From: Candidatus Saccharimonadota bacterium
GTDB lineage: Bacteria > Patescibacteriota > Patescibacteriia > 2-12-FULL-60-25
Assembly: GCA_022843095.1 (NCBI GenBank)
Contig: JALHOH010000002.1
Location: 150,001 to 182,000 of the forward strand
Direction of reading: 5' to 3'
DNA length: 32,000 nucleotides
Part shown: positions 24,177 through 32,000 of the stretch, one piece after another
How positions within the stretch are numbered: position 1 is the stretch's first letter
Layout of the letters: each line of letters starts with the position of its first letter
Made by a program: the position numbers and the translations under genes
The notes under the pieces: generated by a model
Seen by the model: the letters and a program-made list of their open reading frames with translations, nothing else
Databases searched by the model: none
Told to the model about the DNA's origin: nothing

Positions 24177-25241
24177 CTAGAACTGCTGCAAGAAACGCAG
24201 ATCATTCTTGTACAGAATGCGAATGTCATCCACCTTGATCCCTTCTTTCATCATGTAGGTGCGCTCCACCCCCCATCCGAACGCAAATCCGCTGTACACG
24301 TCCGGATCAATCCCACCGGCTTTCAGCACGTTTGGGTGGACCATCCCCGCTCCGCCAAGCTCCAACCATCCACGCTTACAGACCCGGCATTTTGCCCCAT
24401 CCACAAGCCCCGTGCCATCACAAATCCCGCACGAGATATCAATTTCGAAAGAGGGTTCGGTGAACCGAAAATGAAACGGGCGCAAACGCGACCGGCGCGT
24501 CGGGCCAAAAAAGGCCTGAAAAAAATGGTCCAAAATCCCGCGCAGATGCGCAATCGACACCTGCTTGTCCACAAACAACCCCTCAAACTGATGGAACATG
24601 GGCACATGCGTCGCATCGCTTTGTCGGCGATAGGTTTTCGCGATGTTAATCATCCGAATCGGCAATTCGCCGCGCAACATTTCGCGCACCTGTCCGTTGG
24701 AGGTGTGGGGGGTTAGCACCATTTTTCCATGCGTCTCCGAAACCGGCGCATCCACAAAAAACGTCTCCCACTCGTCTCGCGCCGGATGATCCTTGGGCAT
24801 GTTCAGCGCCTCGAACGCAAAGTGATCCCAATCTACTTCAGGATGGCGCGTGCGCGTGAATCCGATCTTCTCAAAAATCGCACTGATTTCCCGAATAGCT
24901 TCTGAGACAAGATGCAAATGCCCTTGGGGCGGACGCATTCCCGGTTCGGTGACGTCTTCTTTTTCCCCTGCCAGCTGCGAGGCGGACGCGGCCGTGCGCA
25001 ACGCCTGATCCGCAGAAGCAAACGACGCCTCAATGCGTTGCTTCATCTCATTGGCAAGCGCTCCCAACCGCGGCCGTTCTTCTGCAGTTGCCGTGGCAAG
25101 TCCCTTCAACAACTCCGCGAGCTCTCCCTTGCGCCCCAAATACGCCACACGCAATTCTTCCAGGCGTTCTAGCGTGGCGACGGTTCGGACGTCCTGTTCT
25201 GCACGAAGCGCAAGCGCTTCCAATCGAGCGGCGAGATCCAT
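24177..25241 (-). CDS. pheS: phenylalanine--tRNA ligase alpha subunit
   Basis: 354 aa with an N-terminal coiled-coil arm and class II aaRS motifs (HPARDEWETFF, FRFTEPSFEID, GWLELGGAGMVHPNVL, GFAFGWGVERT). Confidence 0.95.
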   Translation of the reverse strand: MDLAARLEALALRAEQDVRTVATLERLEELRVAYLGRKGELAELLKGLATATAEERPRLGALANEMKQRIEASFASADQALRTAASASQLAGEKEDVTEPGMRPPQGHLHLVSEAIREISAIFEKIGFTRTRHPEVDWDHFAFEALNMPKDHPARDEWETFFVDAPVSETHGKMVLTPHTSNGQVREMLRGELPIRMINIAKTYRRQSDATHVPMFHQFEGLFVDKQVSIAHLRGILDHFFQAFFGPTRRSRLRPFHFRFTEPSFEIDISCGICDGTGLVDGAKCRVCKRGWLELGGAGMVHPNVLKAGGIDPDVYSGFAFGWGVERTYMMKEGIKVDDIRILYKNDLRFLQQF

Positions 25242-25262
25242 AGTGATTTGATCGTGAGGGTA

Positions 25263-26450
25263 CTAGAACCCCAAGGCTTGAGCAACGGCCCGCAAAATCG
25301 CCCCGCCAAAGCGGCGTAAATCCTGAATCGTGACGATCGCGACCAACGTCAGCAGCAGAATGAATCCAATGCGATGCAAAGATCCTTCAAATTCAGCGCT
25401 CACCTTTTTTCGGCGCACCGCTTCGATCATCACAAACAGGATGCGCCCTCCATCCAACGCCGGGATCGGAAGGGCGTTGATGATGGCAAGATTGATGGAC
25501 AAAAGCGCAGCGAACTGAAGCAGCGCCCACATCCCTTGCGAGGCGACCTGACCTGTCATGACTGCAATGCCCACGGGGCCAGACACATCCGCTGCCACGC
25601 GACGTTCCACAAAAAGATCACGCACAAGCCCCCACAATCCACCCAGGATCAGTTTCGTGTATCCCCAGGTAAGCGTCACCCCCTGCACCAAAGCCTGCCC
25701 AGGAGAAAACCGAACGATCCCCGTATTCGCAAGCGCGACCCCAAGACCCGAACGACCCATCTCTGGAATGAGCGTCGGTGTCGCCTCGATCGTCATCTGT
25801 ACTTCATCCCGCTGGATACGCGTGACGATGGGACGACCACTTGAAACCGCCTCGGCAATGACCGTCTGCGCGGATTGAACCGTTCCAATCGCCTGTCCGT
25901 CTACAGAAAGCAAATAATCGCCCGGACGAATCCCCGCCTGATCTGCTCCCCCGTTCGGCAACACCTCGATCACCTGCACCTGACGCGCCTCCACGACCGC
26001 CGTTTCCGGCATCCCGTCCGTTTGCGCCGGAATCCCAACCAGGAATCCAATCGTAAAAATCGCCGCTGCCAACCACCAGTTCAAAAAGACACCGGCGAAC
26101 AAAATACAGAACCGGGCACACAACCCCTTTGCCGCAAACGAGTCCGCCTCTGGACGTGCTCCGTCGTCTTCCCCTTTCATCCGGACAAATCCGCCGAGCG
26201 GCAACCAGTTCACACTCCAAATGGTCTGCTTAAACGAACGGCGGTCGCCTGGCCCGATACGCACCCATTTACCGTCGACCTTCACGAATCCCACGGCACG
26301 CGGCGGAAAACCGAACCCAAACTCCTCCGCTTTCACCCCAAAAAACCGCGCCGCAAAATAGTGGCCGAATTCATGGATCAGCACGAGCACCGACAAAACG
26401 AGCAAAAATAAAAGAAGGGCAATCATACGTGAAAGAATACACAACCCCAT
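25263..26450 (-). CDS. rseP: site-2 (M50) intramembrane zinc metalloprotease RseP
   Basis: HEFGHYFAARFFGV (HExxH) in TM1, a central PDZ-like region (GIRPGDYLLSVDGQ), and a C-terminal NLAIINALPIPALDGG motif. Met9 (26426) is an alternative start. Confidence 0.9.
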   Translation of the reverse strand: MGLCILSRMIALLLFLLVLSVLVLIHEFGHYFAARFFGVKAEEFGFGFPPRAVGFVKVDGKWVRIGPGDRRSFKQTIWSVNWLPLGGFVRMKGEDDGARPEADSFAAKGLCARFCILFAGVFLNWWLAAAIFTIGFLVGIPAQTDGMPETAVVEARQVQVIEVLPNGGADQAGIRPGDYLLSVDGQAIGTVQSAQTVIAEAVSSGRPIVTRIQRDEVQMTIEATPTLIPEMGRSGLGVALANTGIVRFSPGQALVQGVTLTWGYTKLILGGLWGLVRDLFVERRVAADVSGPVGIAVMTGQVASQGMWALLQFAALLSINLAIINALPIPALDGGRILFVMIEAVRRKKVSAEFEGSLHRIGFILLLTLVAIVTIQDLRRFGGAILRAVAQALGF

Positions 26451-26469
26451 CCCGACCTGTCACGGAGCG

Positions 26470-27267
26470 TCACGTTTCCGCGATGTTCACGGACGTGATC
26501 TGAATCGGACGCCGCAACCATGCTTGTGCCACCTCCTGCGTCCGCGGAGAGGCATCCGTAAACAAAAACCGTTGCAACGGACGCTGGGTTGGCGCGAACA
26601 GGGAAGGTTCTGCCGTCTGGACCGCGCGCACAACGGCCGATGCAGAATCAATAAGTGTCACGCGGCGTTGAACGGATGCGCGAATCGCGTCGATCAACAT
26701 GGGATAATGCGTACATCCTAGAATAAGCGCATCCGCTTGAGCCTGACGAATGGGCTGCAGATACGTCCGCGCAATGCGACGCGTTTCTGCGCGCTTCACC
26801 CATCCCTCTTCGGCAAGTGGCACGAATAACGGGCATGCCGCCGTGACGACGCGTATTTGGCGATTCAGCTCCGCTGCACGTGTAGCGATGGTGCGTTGAT
26901 ACACCTCGGTCGCAATCGTGGTCCGTGTCCCGATCACGCCGACCACACGTGCGCTTGGAAGCGCAAGGGCAAGGGCAACTGCGGGCGTAATCACTTCGTA
27001 AAACCGTGTTTCCGGAAACGTGGCCTGAAGCGCAGAAATCGCGGTCGCGGAAACGGTGTTACAGGCAATCACGATGGAGGTCGCGCCTTCCGCAATCAAG
27101 GTGCGCACGCCCTGAATCGCATACGCCCGCACAAGATCTGGACTTTTATTTCCGTACGGCACGCGCGCCGTGTCACCTACATACACAAACGAAGATTCCG
27201 GCGCCATCTGAAGCAGCGCCCGAACAACCGAGAGTCCTCCTACGCCGGAATCGAACAACCCGATCAT
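26470..27267 (-). CDS. murI: glutamate racemase
   Basis: MIGLFDSGVGGLSV, catalytic Cys contexts IVIACNTVS and LILGCTHYP. There is a 4-nt ATGA overlap with the upstream PMM/PGM gene. Confidence 0.9.
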   Translation of the reverse strand: MIGLFDSGVGGLSVVRALLQMAPESSFVYVGDTARVPYGNKSPDLVRAYAIQGVRTLIAEGATSIVIACNTVSATAISALQATFPETRFYEVITPAVALALALPSARVVGVIGTRTTIATEVYQRTIATRAAELNRQIRVVTAACPLFVPLAEEGWVKRAETRRIARTYLQPIRQAQADALILGCTHYPMLIDAIRASVQRRVTLIDSASAVVRAVQTAEPSLFAPTQRPLQRFLFTDASPRTQEVAQAWLRRPIQITSVNIAET

Positions 27268-28646
27268 ACTCCTTGGATGATCTTGGACAGCGCCTCTTTG
27301 CGAGAACGCATCGCCTCGTCCGTACGCGCTTCCAGGTTCAACCGAAGCAACGGCTCGGTATTTGAGGCACGCACACTAAACCACCAATCCTGTTCTGGAT
27401 GCGCCGGATCCCGGAACTCCATCCGAATACCATCGATGGTGATGATCTCCGTCGCGGAATCGGCATAGCGGGCATGCAGCTCCGCGATCTTCCCTTTTGG
27501 ATCATGCACCTCAAAATTGATCTCCCCGCTGTGCACGTACCGACGTAATCCCTTCCAGAGCGCCGACAATGGTTTTCCGGATTCCTGTAATCGCTTAAGC
27601 AGCAAAAGCAGGGCAAAATCTCCTGATTCACAATTCCACATCTCCTGAAAATAAAAGTGCATGGAGAGCTCCCCGCCAAACACGGCGCCCGTCTCGCGCA
27701 TCAAATGCTTGATTTTGGCATGACCAACCGGACAGAGCACCGGCGTTCCACCCGCCTCGCGTACGGCTTCTGCCACCGACCACGACGAACGCACGTCATA
27801 CAACACCTTTCCTCCCGGATGCGCACGAAGCACCTCTTCGGCAAACAGCGCCGTCAACAAATCCCCCGGAATCGGCGTGCCCGTCTCATCCACAAAGCCT
27901 ACACGATCCGCATCGCCGTCATACGCGACCCCAAGCGCACATGCATCACGCCGGACACGTGCCACGAGCGCCTCGAGCGTCTCTACATTTAATGGATTTG
28001 CCTCATGGTTCGGGAATCGTCCGTCCAATTCCCAAAACAGTGGTACCAGAGTTGCGTTTCGCACCACCTCTTTTAGGGCGGGCAGCACATGGCCATTCAT
28101 GCCGTTGCCTGCATCCACGGCGACACGCCATTCCGGAAACGCCTCCGTAAGCCGTGCTGCTTGCACCACATGTGCAACATACCGTTCCAACACCTGTGCA
28201 TCCTCCGACACCGTGCCACGATTCGGCGCATCCACAAACGCCTCCTCTCCCAGCATGGCGTCCCGGATCGCCTCCATCCCAGACCCCATCCCAACCGGAC
28301 GAACATCTCCGCGCGTCAGTTTGAACCCATTGTATTCCGCCGGATTATGAGAAGCCGTCACCATGATCCCCAATCCGTATGCCCCGTTTGCCTCACCGAC
28401 GGCAAAGTTAAACATGGGCGTCGAACACAAACCGATCCGGACCACATCCACGCCCGCGCTCGAGAGCCCATCTATCAACGCCGATTCCAATTCCGGCGAC
28501 GTCGTACGCATGTCCCGACCGACCACCATGATCTTTGTGGGATACAGATGCGCCAACACCTTCCCTAATCGACGCGCAAACGCGGCATCCAGTTCACCCG
28601 GCGCTTTTCCTCGAATATCGTAGGCCTTAAACACGGTGGAAGTCAT
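27264..28646 (-). CDS. phosphomannomutase/phosphoglucomutase (alpha-D-phosphohexomutase family)
   Basis: FKAYDIRG start region, phosphoserine loop TASHNPAEYNGFK, metal loop DGDADR, and sugar-binding loop GGELSMH. Confidence 0.9.
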   Translation of the reverse strand: MTSTVFKAYDIRGKAPGELDAAFARRLGKVLAHLYPTKIMVVGRDMRTTSPELESALIDGLSSAGVDVVRIGLCSTPMFNFAVGEANGAYGLGIMVTASHNPAEYNGFKLTRGDVRPVGMGSGMEAIRDAMLGEEAFVDAPNRGTVSEDAQVLERYVAHVVQAARLTEAFPEWRVAVDAGNGMNGHVLPALKEVVRNATLVPLFWELDGRFPNHEANPLNVETLEALVARVRRDACALGVAYDGDADRVGFVDETGTPIPGDLLTALFAEEVLRAHPGGKVLYDVRSSWSVAEAVREAGGTPVLCPVGHAKIKHLMRETGAVFGGELSMHFYFQEMWNCESGDFALLLLLKRLQESGKPLSALWKGLRRYVHSGEINFEVHDPKGKIAELHARYADSATEIITIDGIRMEFRDPAHPEQDWWFSVRASNTEPLLRLNLEARTDEAMRSRKEALSKIIQGV

Positions 28647-28672
28647 ATTTTGTGGGAAATCCTAACAGTTCG

Positions 28673-28701
28673 TTGACCCGACCGGAAGGGTTGGGTACGC
28701 T
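28673..28701 (+). promoter_or_regulatory. candidate promoter of lemA, giving a near-leaderless transcript
   Basis: TTGACC (28673-28678), a 17-bp spacer, then TACGCT (28696-28701). The ATG at 28712 is only about 10 nt downstream of the -10 element, and no SD is visible. Confidence 0.3.
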
Positions 28702-28711
28702 CTAGATATCT

Positions 28712-29266
28712 ATGAATACTACGTTCATCCTGCTGATTGTCGCCGTCGTCCTTGTGTTGTGGCTCATCAGCACCTACAACCGCTTGGTCCGTCTGAAGGT
28801 CCAAACGGATGAAGCCTGGTCTGATATCGACGTGCAGTTGAAGCGCCGGTATGACCTCATCCCGAACTTGGTGAACACGGTCAAAGGCTATGCCACGCAT
28901 GAATCCGGCGTGTTCGAAAAAGTAGCACAGGCGCGTTCCGCAGCCATGGGGGCACAGAATCCGCACGATAAAGCGGTTGCTGAAGGGATGTTGACGAACA
29001 CGTTGAAAACGCTGTTCGCCGTCGCGGAAGCCTATCCGGAACTCAAAGCCAACGAAAACTTCCTCAAACTGCAGGACGAACTTTCTGACACGGAAAACAA
29101 AATCCAGGCCAGCCGTCGCTTCTACAATGGCATGGTGCGTGAATTCAATTCCGCGTTGCTCGTGTTCCCGACCAACATTGTCGGCAACCTGCTTGGATTC
29201 AAGGCGCGCGAATTCTTTGAAATCGAAAACGAAGCGGAACGCAAAAACGTGGAGGTCAAATTCTAA
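28712..29266 (+). CDS. lemA: LemA family membrane protein
   Basis: N-terminal TM followed by YNRLVRLKVQTDEAWSDIDVQLKRRYDLIPNLV...AYPELKANENF..LQ.EL...EN.I..SRR.YN, the canonical LemA signature. Confidence 0.9.
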   Translation: MNTTFILLIVAVVLVLWLISTYNRLVRLKVQTDEAWSDIDVQLKRRYDLIPNLVNTVKGYATHESGVFEKVAQARSAAMGAQNPHDKAVAEGMLTNTLKTLFAVAEAYPELKANENFLKLQDELSDTENKIQASRRFYNGMVREFNSALLVFPTNIVGNLLGFKAREFFEIENEAERKNVEVKF

Positions 29267-29273
29267 CGACGAC

Positions 29274-29300
29274 AAAAAAGGGGTGGCTTGCCACCCCTTT
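29274..29300 (+). terminator. intergenic hairpin between lemA and htpX (weak terminator or processing/attenuation element)
   Basis: AAAAAA-GGGGTGG-cttg-CCACCCC-TTT. The U-tract is only 3 nt, so read-through into htpX is likely. Confidence 0.4.
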
Positions 29301-29332
29301 CGATCCTTGAATCGTGCGCGCCGCTCTCTTCT

Positions 29333-30235
29333 ATGTATTCCCAAATCGACTCCAATCGTCGCAAAAGCACGGTGCTTATCTCCCTGTTCATTGGGATCTT
29401 GGCGCTTGCGGGATATGCCTACGGAGAAGCCACGGGCACCGGCTCTGGCGGCCTCGTGATTGCGCTCCTCATTTCGGTTGGCATGACGTTGTTTTCTTGG
29501 TTCTTTGGGGATTCGCTGGTGCTTTGGTCTTCAGGAGCGCGACAGATCACCAAAAAAGAAGATTTTCCCTATCTCTGGAACATGGTCGAGAACCTGTGCA
29601 TCACGACAGGCCTCCCCATGCCCGCGGTGTACGTCATCGATGACCCAAGTCCCAACGCGTTTGCCACGGGTCGTGATCCAAAACATGCAAGCGTCGCCGT
29701 GACGCGTGGCCTGATCGAGCTTCTGGAAAACGAAGAGCTTGAAGGGGTCCTCGCACACGAACTGTCCCACATCAAAAACTACGACATTCGCTGGATGCTT
29801 TTGGTTGCCGTTCTTGTGGGCGCACTCACCCTCATCGGTGACATGTTCTTGCGTGGTGGATTTTTGGGACGACGTTCGAGTGACCGTGACTCAGGAAACG
29901 GAATCCTGGTTCTTCTCGGGATCGCCTTTCTTGTGCTCTCCCCCATCATCGGTCAACTCATCAAGTTCGCCATCAGCCGACAGCGCGAATATCTCGCCGA
30001 CGCTTCCGGTGCCCTCATGACCCGCTATCCGCAAGGACTTGCTAGCGCGCTGGCCAAAATCCGCGACCACGGCGTCCCCTTGCAAACCGCATCACGTGCA
30101 ACCGCACACCTTTGGATCGCGAACCCATTCGGGGCGCATGCGATTGGATCACGTGCCGCCGAACTGTTTTCCACCCATCCGCCGATTGAAAAGCGCATTG
30201 CCGCGCTCGATAAAATGTCCCGCGCAGAATCCTAA
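29333..30235 (+). CDS. htpX: M48-family zinc metalloprotease HtpX
   Basis: HELSHIKNYD (HExxH), flanking TM segments, a downstream glutamate context REYLADASGA, and a C-terminal STHPPIEKRI. The start is set at the ATG of MYSQIDSN (29333), because the 29288 start lies inside the upstream hairpin. Confidence 0.85.
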   Translation: MYSQIDSNRRKSTVLISLFIGILALAGYAYGEATGTGSGGLVIALLISVGMTLFSWFFGDSLVLWSSGARQITKKEDFPYLWNMVENLCITTGLPMPAVYVIDDPSPNAFATGRDPKHASVAVTRGLIELLENEELEGVLAHELSHIKNYDIRWMLLVAVLVGALTLIGDMFLRGGFLGRRSSDRDSGNGILVLLGIAFLVLSPIIGQLIKFAISRQREYLADASGALMTRYPQGLASALAKIRDHGVPLQTASRATAHLWIANPFGAHAIGSRAAELFSTHPPIEKRIAALDKMSRAES

Positions 30236-30244
30236 CCAAAACGT

Positions 30245-32000
30245 ATGCTAGAACCACACCTGCTTGGTCGATTCACGACCCATCTGAAAGAGGCGCTGCA
30301 CAAAGCGCTGCTGTTTGCGATCCAGCACGGACGCGACCTGGTGGAGCCGGGCGATTTAGTCGTGGGGCTGCTGCGCGAACAGGGGTCACTTGGTTCTGAA
30401 ATTTTGCGGAAGGCGAATATCACGGTAGAGGCGGCTGAACGCGCGTTTCAAGGCACACCCGTGGCGCGTGAACCTGGAAGCGCAATCGCCCCGGACCTTT
30501 CCTCTGGGGTCAAACGTGCTCTAGAAAAAAGCGTGCTCACCGCGCATCAGTTTGAACATAAATACATCGGTACCGAGCATCTCCTTTCTGCGCTCTTGGA
30601 ACTTGCCTTACCGGACGTTCAGGCGTTTTTTGCCGAACAGGGCATGAACCTAGAACTTGCCCGCGAACAGGTCACGAACGTGCTCAAATCCACGGGAAAG
30701 TTTCCGGATCTGCACCCGACGGAACCCATCGACAGCCACACGCATCCGCACGCCGCGGCAGGAGAAGAAGAATCCGCCACAGAGACGCCGAATCCCCTCC
30801 CCGGAAAATCTCCAGACCGAGGTCGCAAGCCGCGGGCACTCGAAGTGTTCGCGCGCGAGCTGACCGCCCCGGAACTGCTGCAAAAATTAGATCCGGTGAT
30901 TGGACGCGAACAAGAGCTGGATCGCGTCATCGAAATCCTGTGCCGACGCACAAAAAATAATCCCATCCTCCTGGGCGAGCCGGGCGTTGGAAAAACCGCA
31001 ATCGCGGAAGGATTGGCTCAACGCATTGCGCAAGGTGCCGTCCCGGATGCCCTGCAAAACAAACGATTATTCGCCATTGACCTGGCGCTTATTGTCGCGG
31101 GCACCATGTATCGCGGCGAATTTGAGGCGCGTCTCAAGCAATTGTTGGAAGAGGTCAAGCAAGACGCCAACGCCATTCTCTTTATCGATGAAATCCACAC
31201 CATCGTCGGTGCCGGTTCTACGTCCGGCAGTTTGGACGCGGCAAATATCCTCAAACCGGCGCTTGCCCGTGGAGAAATCCGATGTATCGGCGCGACCACG
31301 TGGGCGGAGTACAAAAAACACATCGAACCGGATGCGGCGCTTGAACGGCGCTACCAACCGGTGTCGGTCGAAGAACCGTCTGCCGAACTAACACGTCGCA
31401 TGTTGGACGGAATTTGTGGCGCCTACGAATCGCATCATGGCGTAAAATTCACCAAAGAAGCGTTGTCGTGTGCGGTCGCCTATGCCGAACGCTATCTCAC
31501 GGATCGGCATTTTCCGGACAAAGCGATTGACCTACTCGATGAAGCGGCGGCGCATGTGGCCTCCAAACGCTCTTCCCGCGAACTCACCGAACGCACGCGA
31601 AGTCTGGATGTTGCGCTTTCTGCTATCCGGGAAGAAAAAGAACGTCTTGTAGCGGAAGACAAGCTCATCGAAGCGGCCAAGCGCATGAAAGATGAACAGC
31701 GACTCTTGAAAGAAAAAGCGTCGCTTGAAAAGAAGGGGAAACGCGATCGCGAAGCGCAACGACTGACCGTGGAAGCAGACCATATCGCCGCCGTCGTGGC
31801 ACGTCATGCGCATATCCCGCTCACACAACTCCTGCAAAGCGATCGTGCCCAGCTGAACGGATTAGCAACTCGATTAGCCAAACAGGTGCACGGCCAACCG
31901 GAAGCGGTGCGGGTCGCCGCAGAAGCAGTGCGTCGTGCGCGCTTGGGACTCGGTGATCCGATGCGACCCAAAACCAGCCTTCTCTTTGTCGGCCCCTCTG
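30245..32000 (+). CDS. clpC: ClpC-type AAA+ chaperone/Clp protease ATPase subunit; N-terminal ~585 aa, with the 3' end beyond the window
   Basis: Hand translation from the ATG at 30245 gives [25 protein letters not shown]... (Clp_N repeats). It then shows Walker [16 protein letters not shown], Walker B ILFIDEIH, a short UVR-like middle region ([15 protein letters not shown]), and the start of D2 (VHGQPEAV...SLLFVGPS). It is not in the ORF track because it is open at the window edge. Confidence 0.85.
   Translation, partial: MLEPHLLGRFTTHLKEALHKALLFAIQHGRDLVEPGDLVVGLLREQGSLGSEILRKANITVEAAERAFQGTPVAREPGSAIAPDLSSGVKRALEKSVLTAHQFEHKYIGTEHLLSALLELALPDVQAFFAEQGMNLELAREQVTNVLKSTGKFPDLHPTEPIDSHTHPHAAAGEEESATETPNPLPGKSPDRGRKPRALEVFARELTAPELLQKLDPVIGREQELDRVIEILCRRTKNNPILLGEPGVGKTAIAEGLAQRIAQGAVPDALQNKRLFAIDLALIVAGTMYRGEFEARLKQLLEEVKQDANAILFIDEIHTIVGAGSTSGSLDAANILKPALARGEIRCIGATTWAEYKKHIEPDAALERRYQPVSVEEPSAELTRRMLDGICGAYESHHGVKFTKEALSCAVAYAERYLTDRHFPDKAIDLLDEAAAHVASKRSSRELTERTRSLDVALSAIREEKERLVAEDKLIEAAKRMKDEQRLLKEKASLEKKGKRDREAQRLTVEADHIAAVVARHAHIPLTQLLQSDRAQLNGLATRLAKQVHGQPEAVRVAAEAVRRARLGLGDPMRPKTSLLFVGPS

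Noticed and set aside
28643-29344. 233-aa minus-strand ORF antisense to lemA
   Set aside because: lemA on the plus strand has the canonical family signature. The antisense product is repetitive (F/R/V-rich) and spans the lemA-htpX hairpin.
30619-31837. ORFs listed in the track within 30.6-31.8 kb (for example 30900..31391 +, 31018..31323 -)
   Set aside because: They overlap the edge-truncated ClpC-type gene (frame starting at 30245), which explains the whole region with Walker A/B and Clp_N motifs.
1-32000. CRISPR arrays, tRNA/rRNA/tmRNA genes, IS elements or integrases
   Set aside because: No spaced direct repeats, no cloverleaf-compatible intergenic segments (the largest intergenic gaps are about 200-240 bp and are explained by promoters or leaders), and no transposase- or integrase-like ORFs were seen.

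Overview
The window is a gene-dense, moderately GC-rich bacterial chromosomal segment, mostly housekeeping genes, with about 30 credible CDSs and no rRNA, tRNA, CRISPR array or obvious mobile element. Left to right it contains: a partial TrmB-type regulator divergent from a small unknown gene; and a minus-strand ribonucleotide reductase operon (unusual ATP-cone/TSCPD-like ORF, then nrdB, then nrdA) preceded by tandem NrdR-box-like palindromes and a consensus DnaA box. Next come a DEDDy exonuclease, two orphan genes, a secreted trypsin-like protease, typA and a small membrane protein. A long minus-strand block follows: dnaE, a membrane protein, a beta-CASP RNase, a DMT transporter, a membrane-anchored clan GH-A hydrolase and an unknown gene. 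After that are a csp gene with a near-consensus promoter and two small orphans. A second minus-strand block runs PMM/PGM, murI, rseP, pheS, SDR, coiled-coil membrane protein, hairpin, pheT. The window ends with lemA, htpX and a 3'-truncated clpC-like gene on the plus strand. Convergent gene pairs share GC-rich bidirectional intrinsic terminators. The most unusual element is the first gene of the RNR operon. It fuses an ATP-cone-like N-terminus to a segment that closely resembles the C-terminal (TSCPD-type) region of class II B12-dependent RNRs, while the adjacent class I NrdA lacks its own ATP-cone. The many small TM plus coiled-coil orphans and the protease C-terminal repeat are reminiscent of Patescibacteria/CPR-like genomes, but that is only an impression. 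CDS coordinates follow the supplied ORF track, with starts adjusted by residue offset. Hand-counted motif coordinates may be off by 1-2 nt.
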